A stretch of 64,000 bases of DNA from an uncultured virus (IMG/VR IMGVR_UViG_3300042880_001179) (IMGVR_UViG_3300042880_001179); one strand, 5' to 3'; positions 17,331-26,245 are shown, numbered from the stretch's first letter. A program made the numbers and translations. Notes: generated by a model not told the origin, from the sequence alone.

Positions 17331-17398
17331 TGTATTTGAATTTCCCTAAAGGTTTGGCTATAGATGGTCGATAATACTTATGGCTAGGAGGGAATGCC

Positions 17399-17596
17399 AT
17401 GCATAGGATCGTGATTGCTTGCGTGTTACTTACAGGATGCTGCCATAGGTTTACCAGCTGTCCACCCAGCAACCCAGTCAAGTGGTGTGCCGAGTCTGGC
17501 CTGACCACCAGCGTATTCCCCAACGCACCATGCAATGGACATGAGTATGCTATCGATAAGGTAGACATTAGTCTCAAGCTTAGGAGGGAATGGTAA
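17399..17596 (+). CDS. putative small Cys-rich lipoprotein
   Basis: GGAGG RBS; signal peptide with lipobox VLLTGC. Confidence 0.5.
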   Translation: MHRIVIACVLLTGCCHRFTSCPPSNPVKWCAESGLTTSVFPNAPCNGHEYAIDKVDISLKLRREW

Positions 17597-17670
17597 TGAT
17601 AGGATACCTGATAGGAATGGGAGCTGGCTTGTATCTTATTGGTGCGCTTGGCAAGATACGAGTCAGGTAA
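17596..17670 (+). CDS. 24-aa hydrophobic microprotein
   Basis: AGGAGG RBS, TAATG coupling; MIGYLIGMGAGLYLIGALGKIRVR. Confidence 0.4.
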   Translation: MIGYLIGMGAGLYLIGALGKIRVR

Positions 17671-17909
17671 CATAAAGTATGTTACAAGTAGACTAATCAA
17701 CTAAGAGTAGTCTACTTTAAATATCTTACAAAGATATTAACTAATTGTGGTTTTTGCAAAAAGCTGGACATTGGGTATACGGTAGGGGGGAGATTCCCTA
17801 ATGGCTCCCTTCTTTACTTGAAGTCCTTTTTATTTTTACATAGTTGTTCATTAATTATATTTTTAGACCCCCCCCTGAAACTGTAAGTAAATAAAAAAAG
17901 CCGGACTTA

Positions 17910-18310
17910 AAAAAATCCGGCGGGGGTAATTTTTGTGTGGTAGGGGTTTGATTATTCGGGATTGGGGGCATATGCTGCCGCTTGAAGACGACTCACAATA
18001 TTCGAAGCAAATCCTAGCTGTTTTTTGATATTCTGAACAGTTTCTTGTGAAATCAGACCTTTATCTCTGATAGCCTTATATTTTCCATCTAAATCTGTTA
18101 GAAATGCAGAAAGTGTATCATAATCTTTTTTTGCATTTTCAAACCTAGTTCTATTGACATCAGTATTTGGAACGCCCTGCAATTCATAACCAGCATTTGG
18201 CAAGTCTGCCTCATTCATCTTAAATTTGACGTAATCGTAAAAACTTTTCATAATATACCTCTTTTGTATATATTTATCCTATTATAAAAAATCCGGCGGG
18301 GGTAATTTTT
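17910..18310. repeat. 25-bp direct repeat
   Basis: AAAAAATCCGGCGGGGGTAATTTTT at 17910-17934 and 18286-18310. Confidence 0.9.
17952..18251 (-). CDS. hypothetical protein with CTS-like N-terminus
   Basis: MKSFYDYVKFKMNE; ATAAATA upstream. Confidence 0.7.
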   Translation of the reverse strand: MKSFYDYVKFKMNEADLPNAGYELQGVPNTDVNRTRFENAKKDYDTLSAFLTDLDGKYKAIRDKGLISQETVQNIKKQLGFASNIVSRLQAAAYAPNPE

Positions 18311-18326
18311 ATGTGTGGGAGGGTTT

Positions 18327-18833
18327 TTAATCTCCCATCCATTTAGATTGGTATTTGATATTTTCTGGTGGGATTATGACTGCTGGAATTTCGGGGTATT
18401 TATTCCAGAGTTTATTTTCGTTTTCCAGTTCTTTATAAGCCCAGAATCTGTGGTGTCCGTCGATTACTTGGTATTTGAATGAATTGGGATTTGGGTTTTG
18501 TATACCTTGTAATTGTTTTCTTTTGATTATTTCTGGGGAGGGATTTCTGAGTTTGGGGTATTGATCTGTGTTAATTTGTCTGAGCAGTACTGGTGGTAAT
18601 TTTTGGTTATTTAGAATAGCGTTTTTTATATTTTCTTTATTTTGCATGCTTTTGGGGTTTAGCATTTTTGATTTTCGTTCGTAGTTGATAATTTGATTGA
18701 TATCAATAGGTTGTATATTTTCTTTATCCCAGTCATGGTTATCATCAGTTTCTATCGATGCGCCTTTGGAGGATGAGTGGGAGTAGAGTGTGGCGTTTAT
18801 GTTTTCATTGAGCCATTCTTTGAATGTTTTCAT
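18327..18833 (-). CDS. ParB/Srx N-terminal domain protein
   Basis: LPPVLLR...YQVIDGHHRFWAY; N-terminus MKTFKEWLNE. Confidence 0.7.
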   Translation of the reverse strand: MKTFKEWLNENINATLYSHSSSKGASIETDDNHDWDKENIQPIDINQIINYERKSKMLNPKSMQNKENIKNAILNNQKLPPVLLRQINTDQYPKLRNPSPEIIKRKQLQGIQNPNPNSFKYQVIDGHHRFWAYKELENENKLWNKYPEIPAVIIPPENIKYQSKWMGD

Positions 18834-18867
18834 AATATACTTTTTTTGAATATTGTAGTAATTGTTG

Positions 18868-19500
18868 TTAAATTACTTCGGCTAGTGGTTTGAATTTTTG
18901 GCATATAGTAATTCCGTGTCTGTATAGAAAATTTTCGTGGTGTTTATCTGGTGTTGTATGAAGTAGGAATATATCATAACCTATTTCTTTGAAGAGGTTT
19001 ACCATAGTTCTTTCGACGGGTTGGTGTGCCAAGCCGGGTTCATTTTTAACGGGCCATCCGTAAGTGCCATGAGGTGGGTATTGTAGGTTTGTATCGTGTA
19101 GTGCTAGTATGGTATTATCATTTATAATTCCTTTTTGCACTAAGAGGTGGTACATATCCATTTGTACCATATCGTGGCAGTCGAAGAATACAAATTCTAG
19201 TGGTAGGTTATCAACATCTTCTGTGGTTAGGTGTAGTACATTTTTTTGAATTACTTTATGATTATCTGCTAATTTTTTAACTGGATTTATATCGACTGTA
19301 TAGAGAGTCCCTTTAACTAGGTGCATAGCTTGTAGGAAATTATTTGCCGAGTATGCATTAAGTCCTCCTATTTCTAGGATTCTTGAAATTCTTTTGCCAA
19401 TGATTATGGAGTACATAAATAGTGCTTCATCATCTTGTATTGGTCCTGAGACGTTTTGGTTTTGTGGTTGTGTTAGGTGTTCTAGTGGATAAATTGCCAT
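18868..19500 (-). CDS. class I SAM-dependent methyltransferase (Methyltransf_24-like)
   Basis: ILEIGG, YTVDI, FVFFDCH, ILALHDT. Confidence 0.7.
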   Translation of the reverse strand: MAIYPLEHLTQPQNQNVSGPIQDDEALFMYSIIIGKRISRILEIGGLNAYSANNFLQAMHLVKGTLYTVDINPVKKLADNHKVIQKNVLHLTTEDVDNLPLEFVFFDCHDMVQMDMYHLLVQKGIINDNTILALHDTNLQYPPHGTYGWPVKNEPGLAHQPVERTMVNLFKEIGYDIFLLHTTPDKHHENFLYRHGITICQKFKPLAEVI

Positions 19501-19561
19501 ATTTTTTCCTATAAATATATTTTAATTATATATATTAAATTGCTGTTGGAATATTTTATTT

Positions 19562-19600
19562 AATTGACATCCTACTACGACTAAAGTCAGGGAGGTTTTC
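19562..19600 (-). mobile_element. degenerate IS200/IS605/IS607-type (TnpB-associated) end remnant
   Basis: minus strand GAAAACCTCCCTGACTTTAGTCGTAGTAGGATGTCAA resembles the C-rich/CTTTAG/G-rich GGATGTCA right-end hairpin; no transposase nearby. Confidence 0.4.
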
Positions 19601-19638
19601 TTGGCTCAAGGATCATAAAATTAATAAAAGAACGGTAA

Positions 19639-20274
19639 TTACTTTTTAAGTAGTGGAATTTCCCCGAAGGCAGCGACACTTACATTTGCTTTATTTTTTT
19701 GGTTGTTGAAAGATAAAGACGGTTTATTCCAAGATTCTGTGCCTTGGGTGGTGAATCTTGGTTTGTATGGTAAAGCACCTAGAACGGTTTGGTTTAAGTT
19801 ATTGAGTTCATTGACAGCTTTTCTGGCTATGATGACAGCTTGTTCTCTGGTGAGATTTTTGACATTATCTCCGTGGAATTCAACTTTGAAGTTCATTCTA
19901 TTGTGGAGGGTATTGGGATCATTTTCTTTTGGTTCGAATTGGGAAGGTTTTCCTCCGAATCCGCCTTTGTTGGAGTTACCGCTGCCTGTACTGATAGTGA
20001 CTTCATATCCATCTATATTTTTCGTACCTTTGAACAGGTTTAATCCTGTTGACAGTACTTCGTCTATATAATGATCAACATGAAGTGTATTTGTTTTGGC
20101 GTAGTCTGCTAATTTTTCTGTGTGTGTTATGTCTTTGGTTTGTGTAGGTTCTTGTGCTTGTGTTCCTTGGTTGGAGAGGGCCATAGCAGCGGCAGTTAGT
20201 CCGGTTTTGATATAATCTCTAACACCTTCATCGAGGTTTTCTTTTTCGTTTATATATTGTTGAAAAGTTTTCAT
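19639..20274 (-). CDS. hypothetical protein with CTS-like N-terminus
   Basis: MKTFQQYINE...LDEG then a hydrophobic Ala-rich stretch. Confidence 0.75.
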   Translation of the reverse strand: MKTFQQYINEKENLDEGVRDYIKTGLTAAAMALSNQGTQAQEPTQTKDITHTEKLADYAKTNTLHVDHYIDEVLSTGLNLFKGTKNIDGYEVTISTGSGNSNKGGFGGKPSQFEPKENDPNTLHNRMNFKVEFHGDNVKNLTREQAVIIARKAVNELNNLNQTVLGALPYKPRFTTQGTESWNKPSLSFNNQKNKANVSVAAFGEIPLLKK

Positions 20275-20296
20275 AATTATCTTTCTTGTGGTTTAT

Positions 20297-21604
20297 TTAA
20301 TTAAAGTTTACTTTAATTGGAACCTGACCTGATTTGCCTAAAGATATAGTATCGCCGTTATTGAGTATTGTTGGTTCTGTGAGTGGTTTGCCATTTATAT
20401 TAGTTATATTTTTGGCATCTGGTGATTGTGTTATGGTCCATGCGCCATTAACTTTTTTGAGTATGAATTGTTTTTGCGACATGAATCTTTGTGAGGTTGG
20501 TGTTTGTATGATACCGTTTCCTATGCTTGCGTCTATCTTAACTGGTAATGGTTTGTTGGTTTCTTTGGGTGTTAGTGTTAGGTTTCCGTTGCCTTGGTTT
20601 GTTATTGGTTGTTCATTTTTAGTTGTGGTTGGTTGGTTTTGGTTATTTAAATCAATATTAATTCCTTGATTTGATAGTATTTTTTTTAATTGTGGGTCAT
20701 TTTGTATGATTTGGTAAACTGGGTATATTTTTGTTTTTTTAAAGTTGGACATATCTTGTTTATTAAAGTTGAATGCATTTTTGATTTGATTTGCGAATTT
20801 TTCTAGTGTTATTTTTGGCACCAAATGAAGCAGAGCTTTAATATTAAGTTGAGATACTTCTATTTGATTGCCTGATTGTGTACCTAAATCTTTTTTCACT
20901 TTTGTGGTTGCTTGTAATTTTAGGTCATTTAAAATTTGGCTGACATCATTTTGTATTTTTTGTTCTTTTTGGTCGCCTATTTTACTGAGGTAAAAGATGA
21001 ATGATTCGGTGCGATCTGCGGAGATGGGGAATTTTGCTTGTCTGAAAAGTTCTGGATTTTCAGCGAAGTAGTTGGTCATAGCTTTTAAAGCTTGGATGGC
21101 ATTGGGATTTGCGTTATCGAAGCTGAAGTATATTTTTTTATCGCTGTCTCTGAAACCTCCTGTTTTGTCATTTTTAAAAAATTCTATTTGTTTATTCAGG
21201 GGTTGATTTTTAAGTTCATCTGGAATTATCTTTTGTTGCACTGCTGGGTTTCTGATATTTGCGTCGAAGTGAAACCAAGGGTCACCGGGCGATAGGGATA
21301 ACAGTTGTTTGCTTTGTAGATCATTTAAAAATGGTATAAATTCTGATTGTATTTGTTGCTTATATTTTTTTTCGTCATTGGGATCGACATTTTTTTTTGT
21401 TGCTTTTTCATATAATTTGAGTGGATCTTCAAGTAGATTCATTAGTGACATTGGGCTTTGGCTTGTTTTTATATCATTTATTAATTCTTGTCCTTTTGGA
21501 TCGGACATGAGCATTTGCATATATTTTTCGGGTGTGAGGTTGTCGAAGAAGTTTAGATCTTCATTTAGTAGCCAGTTTTTGAAGTTTATATTTGGAATTG
21601 GCAT
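20297..21604 (-). CDS. FHA domain-containing protein
   Basis: C-terminal MSQKQF...W...AKNITNING....LNNGDTISLG; N-terminus INFKNWLLNE. Confidence 0.65.
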   Translation of the reverse strand: MPIPNINFKNWLLNEDLNFFDNLTPEKYMQMLMSDPKGQELINDIKTSQSPMSLMNLLEDPLKLYEKATKKNVDPNDEKKYKQQIQSEFIPFLNDLQSKQLLSLSPGDPWFHFDANIRNPAVQQKIIPDELKNQPLNKQIEFFKNDKTGGFRDSDKKIYFSFDNANPNAIQALKAMTNYFAENPELFRQAKFPISADRTESFIFYLSKIGDQKEQKIQNDVSQILNDLKLQATTKVKKDLGTQSGNQIEVSQLNIKALLHLVPKITLEKFANQIKNAFNFNKQDMSNFKKTKIYPVYQIIQNDPQLKKILSNQGINIDLNNQNQPTTTKNEQPITNQGNGNLTLTPKETNKPLPVKIDASIGNGIIQTPTSQRFMSQKQFILKKVNGAWTITQSPDAKNITNINGKPLTEPTILNNGDTISLGKSGQVPIKVNFN

Positions 21605-21627
21605 TTGCGGTCCTATTTTTTGAATAA

Positions 21628-22059
21628 TTAGTTTAAGAAACTTTCTATATCTATAACGATGATAGCTGGAACTTCTTTTAGTCCTAGATCGACGCAAGCG
21701 GACATTCTGTGTGAGCCTTCTAGGACGTATGGGCCATTTTTTTCTTCGACTATGATAAGTGGGTTGAGTTCTTTGTTATATTTTATTTGTTCGATAAGTT
21801 CTTTGCATTTTTTCAAGCCACTGGAATAACGATAATTAGAGCAACCGGTAAAGTCGTAGATGGGGAAAACTCTTACTTTGGGTAATATTTCATAATCATC
21901 TAAAGAAGAGCCAATAGAGCTCATATTAGGTACTTGTTCCCTAACTTTCATGCCATCGACAATAGGACCAGCTACTGGATATTCATTATTAAATTTGGCT
22001 ATCAAGTCTTTAACTTGTTGGTCTACGTCTACGTCTTCTAGCCATAGTTTGAAGTTCAT
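21628..22059 (-). CDS. ParB/Srx-like protein
   Basis: LNPLIIV...YVLEGSHRMSA...LG..EVPAII; N-terminus MNFKLWLE. Confidence 0.7.
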   Translation of the reverse strand: MNFKLWLEDVDVDQQVKDLIAKFNNEYPVAGPIVDGMKVREQVPNMSSIGSSLDDYEILPKVRVFPIYDFTGCSNYRYSSGLKKCKELIEQIKYNKELNPLIIVEEKNGPYVLEGSHRMSACVDLGLKEVPAIIVIDIESFLN

Positions 22060-22079
22060 AATAATTATCTATATACTGT

Positions 22080-22904
22080 ATGTCAAAAACTGCGACGATA
22101 ATACCGATTCATCCTCCTAGGTTTGTATGTGGTGAGGGTGTGGTCAGGAGTTGGGAGAAATTTTGCACTAGTGATTTGTATTTTGTATTTAGTAATTTGG
22201 AGGATGCTGGTAATTTTGCGAATACGGTATCGGGTAATTATAAGACTTTGGTATTACCGGAAGATTTGAGGGAGTATAAGAATCCTATTACTGTCAAGAA
22301 GTTTTATGGTGTTTCTGAGGTAATAGACAGGTATGACTATGTGGGTGTGTTTGATGCTGAGATGAGGGTAGTGAGACCATTTGATACTGATGCTATTTAT
22401 TCGGAAGTTTGGAATAGAAGAGAATTAAAGTGTAATCAGTGTTGGCCGGATGTGAGTGGTGGTGCGGTAGTGCATAACAATTCGGTTCCGATGGGATGGA
22501 ATACAAATGAAAATTTATTAAGGGAAACTGAGAATTTCAAGTGGTATTGGTGGTTTAATGAGATATGTGTGTATGAAAAGGAGACTTTCAAGGAGTTTTT
22601 TGGTTTTTTGAATTGTAGTCCGTATTTGGAAACGATTTATAATGAGTATTGGTGTTTTGATTATTTAATATATGGAATGTGGTTGATATGTTTTGAGGGA
22701 TTCAAATGTAAGAAGTATTTCCCTGACAGGCAGTTTGGATTTGGTGCAATTGAGCACAATCAATTCAATATAGGTGGTGTTACGGAGGCTTTTAATTCGT
22801 ATATGGATTCAAACATGTATCCTGAGAAACATGAGAACATCAAGGTGCAATTTCATTATGACAGGTATATTCCCGAATCAGATAAACATAAATTTAGAGT
22901 TTAG
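22080..22904 (+). CDS. putative glycosyltransferase-like hypothetical protein
   Basis: IIPIHPP...ITVKKFYG....YDYVGVFDAE (GT-A-like DxE). Confidence 0.4.
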   Translation: MSKTATIIPIHPPRFVCGEGVVRSWEKFCTSDLYFVFSNLEDAGNFANTVSGNYKTLVLPEDLREYKNPITVKKFYGVSEVIDRYDYVGVFDAEMRVVRPFDTDAIYSEVWNRRELKCNQCWPDVSGGAVVHNNSVPMGWNTNENLLRETENFKWYWWFNEICVYEKETFKEFFGFLNCSPYLETIYNEYWCFDYLIYGMWLICFEGFKCKKYFPDRQFGFGAIEHNQFNIGGVTEAFNSYMDSNMYPEKHENIKVQFHYDRYIPESDKHKFRV

Positions 22905-23425
22905 CTATTGACTGGTTTGGGGGCGTTGGGATCAACTTGTGGGCCGGGGGCTTGTTGTTGTGCTCTGGGGTCTGGTTGTGCTCTTTGGCCTTGTGGGGTT
23001 GGGTTTTCAACTACGCCGCCTTTTTGTTTGAGCAATTTTTGTGCTTGGGGCTGAGAATAGTATTTGCCATATTTAAGCATTTCAAATTTGAATGGTGGCT
23101 TGAGTTGTTGTGCTACTTGCTCTAGTCCTTTTTCGCCTTGTAGTAATAGTTTTGCTTGTTCAGGCGTTAGTTGTTTGATGACATTATTCATTCCTTGTGC
23201 GATATTTTTCACATCGACGCTAATCATTTTATTGAATTCATCGACTGTTTTGGCTTTATTCATGGCATCTTGGTAATTTCTATTTTTTGATGCTGTCAAT
23301 AAATTTTGAGCAGTTTGCGTGGCTTTTTGTGGGTTTTGCGCAGCATTTTGAAGTATTCCGGCCATTTGCTGGACTTGTGCGGCTGTTACTTCATTCATGA
23401 AATTTTTGAAGCTGAGATTTATCAT
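22901..23425 (-). CDS. Gln/Pro-rich hypothetical protein with CTS-like N-terminus
   Basis: MINLSFKNFMNE. Confidence 0.7.
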   Translation of the reverse strand: MINLSFKNFMNEVTAAQVQQMAGILQNAAQNPQKATQTAQNLLTASKNRNYQDAMNKAKTVDEFNKMISVDVKNIAQGMNNVIKQLTPEQAKLLLQGEKGLEQVAQQLKPPFKFEMLKYGKYYSQPQAQKLLKQKGGVVENPTPQGQRAQPDPRAQQQAPGPQVDPNAPKPVNS

Positions 23426-23481
23426 AATATTTTCTTTCTGTGATATTTATGTATTTCATTTTAATTTTAATAGATATGTTT

Positions 23482-24096
23482 ATGCGTGGATTTAAGATAT
23501 TTATAGAATCTTCGGAAGAGGATTACAGGGGATCGCATAGAGCGCCCGGTAAGGGAGAGGGAGCGCCTTTGCATGATTTGACACAAGTATATCCTGATGA
23601 CATTTACACTTTACCATTGTCTACTGCTGCAAGGTATTATGGTCATGGTGAGCCATTGGACATGGAGGCATTATCAATCATGCAGAGGGCAAAAGGTCGT
23701 CCGATGATGCCTATAAAGGTATACAGAGCGGTACCTGATTTGAATAAGGTTATTGATAAAAAGATTAAGGAATATGGTAAGCTTATATGGTATGTAGACA
23801 AGTATGGTTTTCCGCCTATAGCAGATGAGGCAGCTAGGGATTTGTGGGCTGAGTTAGGCAGGAACAAAGAGGTTTTTAATAAGCGTTTATACGATGAAAT
23901 AGCGAAGTTGCAATCTGAGAGGGTGAAGCCTATATCATTAAATGTCGGTGACTGGGTTACTCCGGTGAGGGGTTATGCGGTGGATCATGGAAGAAGCGCA
24001 TTAAGGGGAGACTATAAGATTGTTTCAAAGACGGTGAAAGCCAAGGATTTGTACACTGATGGTAATTCGCCTTATGAATTTGGCTATGATCCTTAA
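23482..24096 (+). CDS. polyvalent-protein-type (ART-like) domain protein
   Basis: MRGFKIFIE; YRGSHRAP, KVYRAVP, GDWVT, TDGNS..EFGY. Confidence 0.45.
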   Translation: MRGFKIFIESSEEDYRGSHRAPGKGEGAPLHDLTQVYPDDIYTLPLSTAARYYGHGEPLDMEALSIMQRAKGRPMMPIKVYRAVPDLNKVIDKKIKEYGKLIWYVDKYGFPPIADEAARDLWAELGRNKEVFNKRLYDEIAKLQSERVKPISLNVGDWVTPVRGYAVDHGRSALRGDYKIVSKTVKAKDLYTDGNSPYEFGYDP

Positions 24097-24794
24097 ACAA
24101 CTTCTTTAGATTTAATTTTTATTTGTTTGGGGCTGAAGACGAATCCATCGAAACCATTTGTATCTGTTAGAATAGCTCCATCGAAGCCCATATAGTTTAA
24201 TTGGTCTAGAGAAAACTTGTCGTATTCATCCCATCCGGCTGGGTTTTTGATATCAACTTTAAGTGTATAGATTATTTTGCCACCTTGAGCGCCTTTTTCT
24301 TTTCTGAGTAGTGCGTCTTTATCTGAAGTAAACCAAATTATTTTTTGTGTAGCGTTTTTGAAATTAAATCTTTTGAAATCTTCATTACTGCTGTGGAAAA
24401 CTTCTTGTTGTATAACTGAAGGTTTATTTTCCGATTCGTTTAACCATTCGGTAAATTCTAATTTTGGTTTATAGTACATGGTTTTGGCGAATGGTTTGAC
24501 AAGGTCTTGGTCGAGATTTCTTCCTTTATTGTCAATGAATCCTAGATCTTTGTAGAATTTATTTAATTTTTTTTTATATCCTCTGTCTGGTGATGGTTCT
24601 AGAACTAGGGGTTTATTTTTTAATTTGGCATAATCTTTGAGGATATTGATTATATTTCTGCCGATTCCTTGTCCTCTTTTTTCTGGTGGGACTTGGAGGT
24701 TGTGTAGATATATTTTTTTAGCATCTTCGCTGACGTAGATTCTTACATCTGGGTAGAGTTCTTTTAATTGATTTAGGATAGATGAGGTGTTCAT
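24093..24794 (-). CDS. GNAT acetyltransferase fused to ART-like domain
   Basis: VPPEKRGQGIG and KFYKDLGF (GNAT); internal LEFTEWLNE; VFHSS...IIWFTSD...GFDG (ART-like). Confidence 0.6.
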   Translation of the reverse strand: MNTSSILNQLKELYPDVRIYVSEDAKKIYLHNLQVPPEKRGQGIGRNIINILKDYAKLKNKPLVLEPSPDRGYKKKLNKFYKDLGFIDNKGRNLDQDLVKPFAKTMYYKPKLEFTEWLNESENKPSVIQQEVFHSSNEDFKRFNFKNATQKIIWFTSDKDALLRKEKGAQGGKIIYTLKVDIKNPAGWDEYDKFSLDQLNYMGFDGAILTDTNGFDGFVFSPKQIKIKSKEVV

Positions 24795-24795
24795 T

Positions 24796-25236
24796 TTATT
24801 CTGGTGGCGGTGGCATTTTGGGAATGGATTGTTGCTGGATATTTTGTGCTGAATGTGCTCTGGCAGTTTGTCCATCTTGGCTGGAGAGTGGTGGAACTTG
24901 TTGTGGCATTGCGTTAGTGTTGTTTTGAATAGGCAATTCGCTTTTTCTTGTTGTAGGATTGGAGGGAGTTGCTTTTTGGGCTATTTTAGCAAGTTCAGCC
25001 GTATTGTTTGAAAGGTCGGTGATTTGTTTGATAGTCATGTCGCCGAGGCCATTTTTTTGAATGTAGGCGTATAGTTCTGGGTGTTGTTGTTGAAGTGGCA
25101 AAAAGTTTTTATTTGCACCGCTAAGAAAATTCTTCAGGGTTTGTTGTAATAAAATTCCTGCGTCTTGTCTATCTTTTTCTGGCTGGTGACTAAGACCTTT
25201 GGCATTTTGTTCAAACCATTTTTTAAAACCTTGCAT
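24796..25236 (-). CDS. hypothetical protein with CTS-like N-terminus
   Basis: MQGFKKWFE; Gln/Pro-rich tail. Confidence 0.65.
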   Translation of the reverse strand: MQGFKKWFEQNAKGLSHQPEKDRQDAGILLQQTLKNFLSGANKNFLPLQQQHPELYAYIQKNGLGDMTIKQITDLSNNTAELAKIAQKATPSNPTTRKSELPIQNNTNAMPQQVPPLSSQDGQTARAHSAQNIQQQSIPKMPPPPE

Positions 25237-25305
25237 AATTTTATATATTATTTTTTTGAAAAAAAATAATGGGCGTGCTAGTGTGTGTGAAAGAGAGGAT
25301 TTATC

Positions 25306-25623
25306 ATGGCAGACCAAACGAGTCAGTGCGAAGAGCTTTTGAATCATATTAAGAAGAACAAACTTCTTAAGGGTCATAGTTTTGCGATATATGAGTATAT
25401 CTGCATGAACCGTCGTGTTTCTGAAAGAGATTTGTTTAAGAAGATGTCTATTACGAATTGTTTTCCGTCGGATAGGATTAAGGAGTTGTTGGCATGGGGT
25501 TGCATCAAGGTAATTGGCGTGGCTTTGCACAAAGAGATTGGGGCGGCGAATCCGGTTTATTGCATTACCGGTAAAATGCCTCTTATTCCTGATCTTATCG
25601 CCGATTATGAGGATTTACACTAA
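25306..25623 (+). CDS. putative winged-helix DNA-binding protein
   Basis: GAGGA RBS; AIYEYI....VSERDL....RIKELL.WG.I pattern. Confidence 0.45.
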   Translation: MADQTSQCEELLNHIKKNKLLKGHSFAIYEYICMNRRVSERDLFKKMSITNCFPSDRIKELLAWGCIKVIGVALHKEIGAANPVYCITGKMPLIPDLIADYEDLH

Positions 25624-25844
25624 TGATTATTCGTCAGCATAGTGTTAGCGATGTGCGTTTGTTTAAGGGATTTCGTTCTTGGTCTAACTTTGGCAAAGGA
25701 GATAGGTGCTGGGGTGCTGCTTTTTCGATTAGGACCAGATTAACTCCTGCTTCTTTCTGGAATAATTGTTTTGTGGGTGGTGTTGTGAGCAAGTGCAGCA
25801 CTAAAAACAAAAGTAGAGCGCAGGTTTGGAAATTTGGACTTTAG
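25623..25844 (+). CDS. hypothetical protein
   Basis: TAATG coupling to upstream gene. Confidence 0.45.
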   Translation: MIIRQHSVSDVRLFKGFRSWSNFGKGDRCWGAAFSIRTRLTPASFWNNCFVGGVVSKCSTKNKSRAQVWKFGL

Positions 25845-26245
25845 TCTTGATAGGTATATACAAAAAAGTTCTTGTCATTTAAAAAATCGTCATTGTAAAA
25901 ATCTTTTATAAATGGCGTAAACCGGCTATATTCTTTTGCAGCAACTTTATAGTCTTCTGGTTTTAGGTTTGGTTGGTAACTTAGATTTTTGATTCTTTTG
26001 TCGTTAAAGTTATTGAGTATTTGTTTTATTTGTTTGCCAGTAAGCTCGAATTTATTAGGTTGAACTTTGCTGGCAGTTGGCATGACTATTGTAGCAATTT
26101 TATTAGGAATAGAATATTTCAAAAAGAATTGCTGTAATTCGGGGAAAGAAGTTTTCAAGTCTGTTGTTGCGTCTTCTGGTAGTGGAGACCAGTCGAAAGG
26201 GAATTTATATGTTTCCAGAAGCCATTGTTTGAATTTTTTAAACAT
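25841..26245 (-). CDS. hypothetical protein with CTS-like N-terminus
   Basis: MFKKFKQWLLE. Confidence 0.7.
   Translation of the reverse strand: MFKKFKQWLLETYKFPFDWSPLPEDATTDLKTSFPELQQFFLKYSIPNKIATIVMPTASKVQPNKFELTGKQIKQILNNFNDKRIKNLSYQPNLKPEDYKVAAKEYSRFTPFIKDFYNDDFLNDKNFFVYTYQD

Larger units (their letters stand above)
8824..17331 (+). promoter_or_regulatory. repeated upstream box (AT)CAACTTACTGT(A/G)G, 10 copies
   Basis: forward at 8824, 12363, 13149, 14351, 15342, 16008, 16792, 17316; reverse at 13118 and 14318; all intergenic. Confidence 0.75.

Noticed and set aside
22618..22624. Additional GTCCGTA heptamer
   Set aside because: Inside a CDS, with no TAA(A/G) at the 15-nt spacing; treated as chance.
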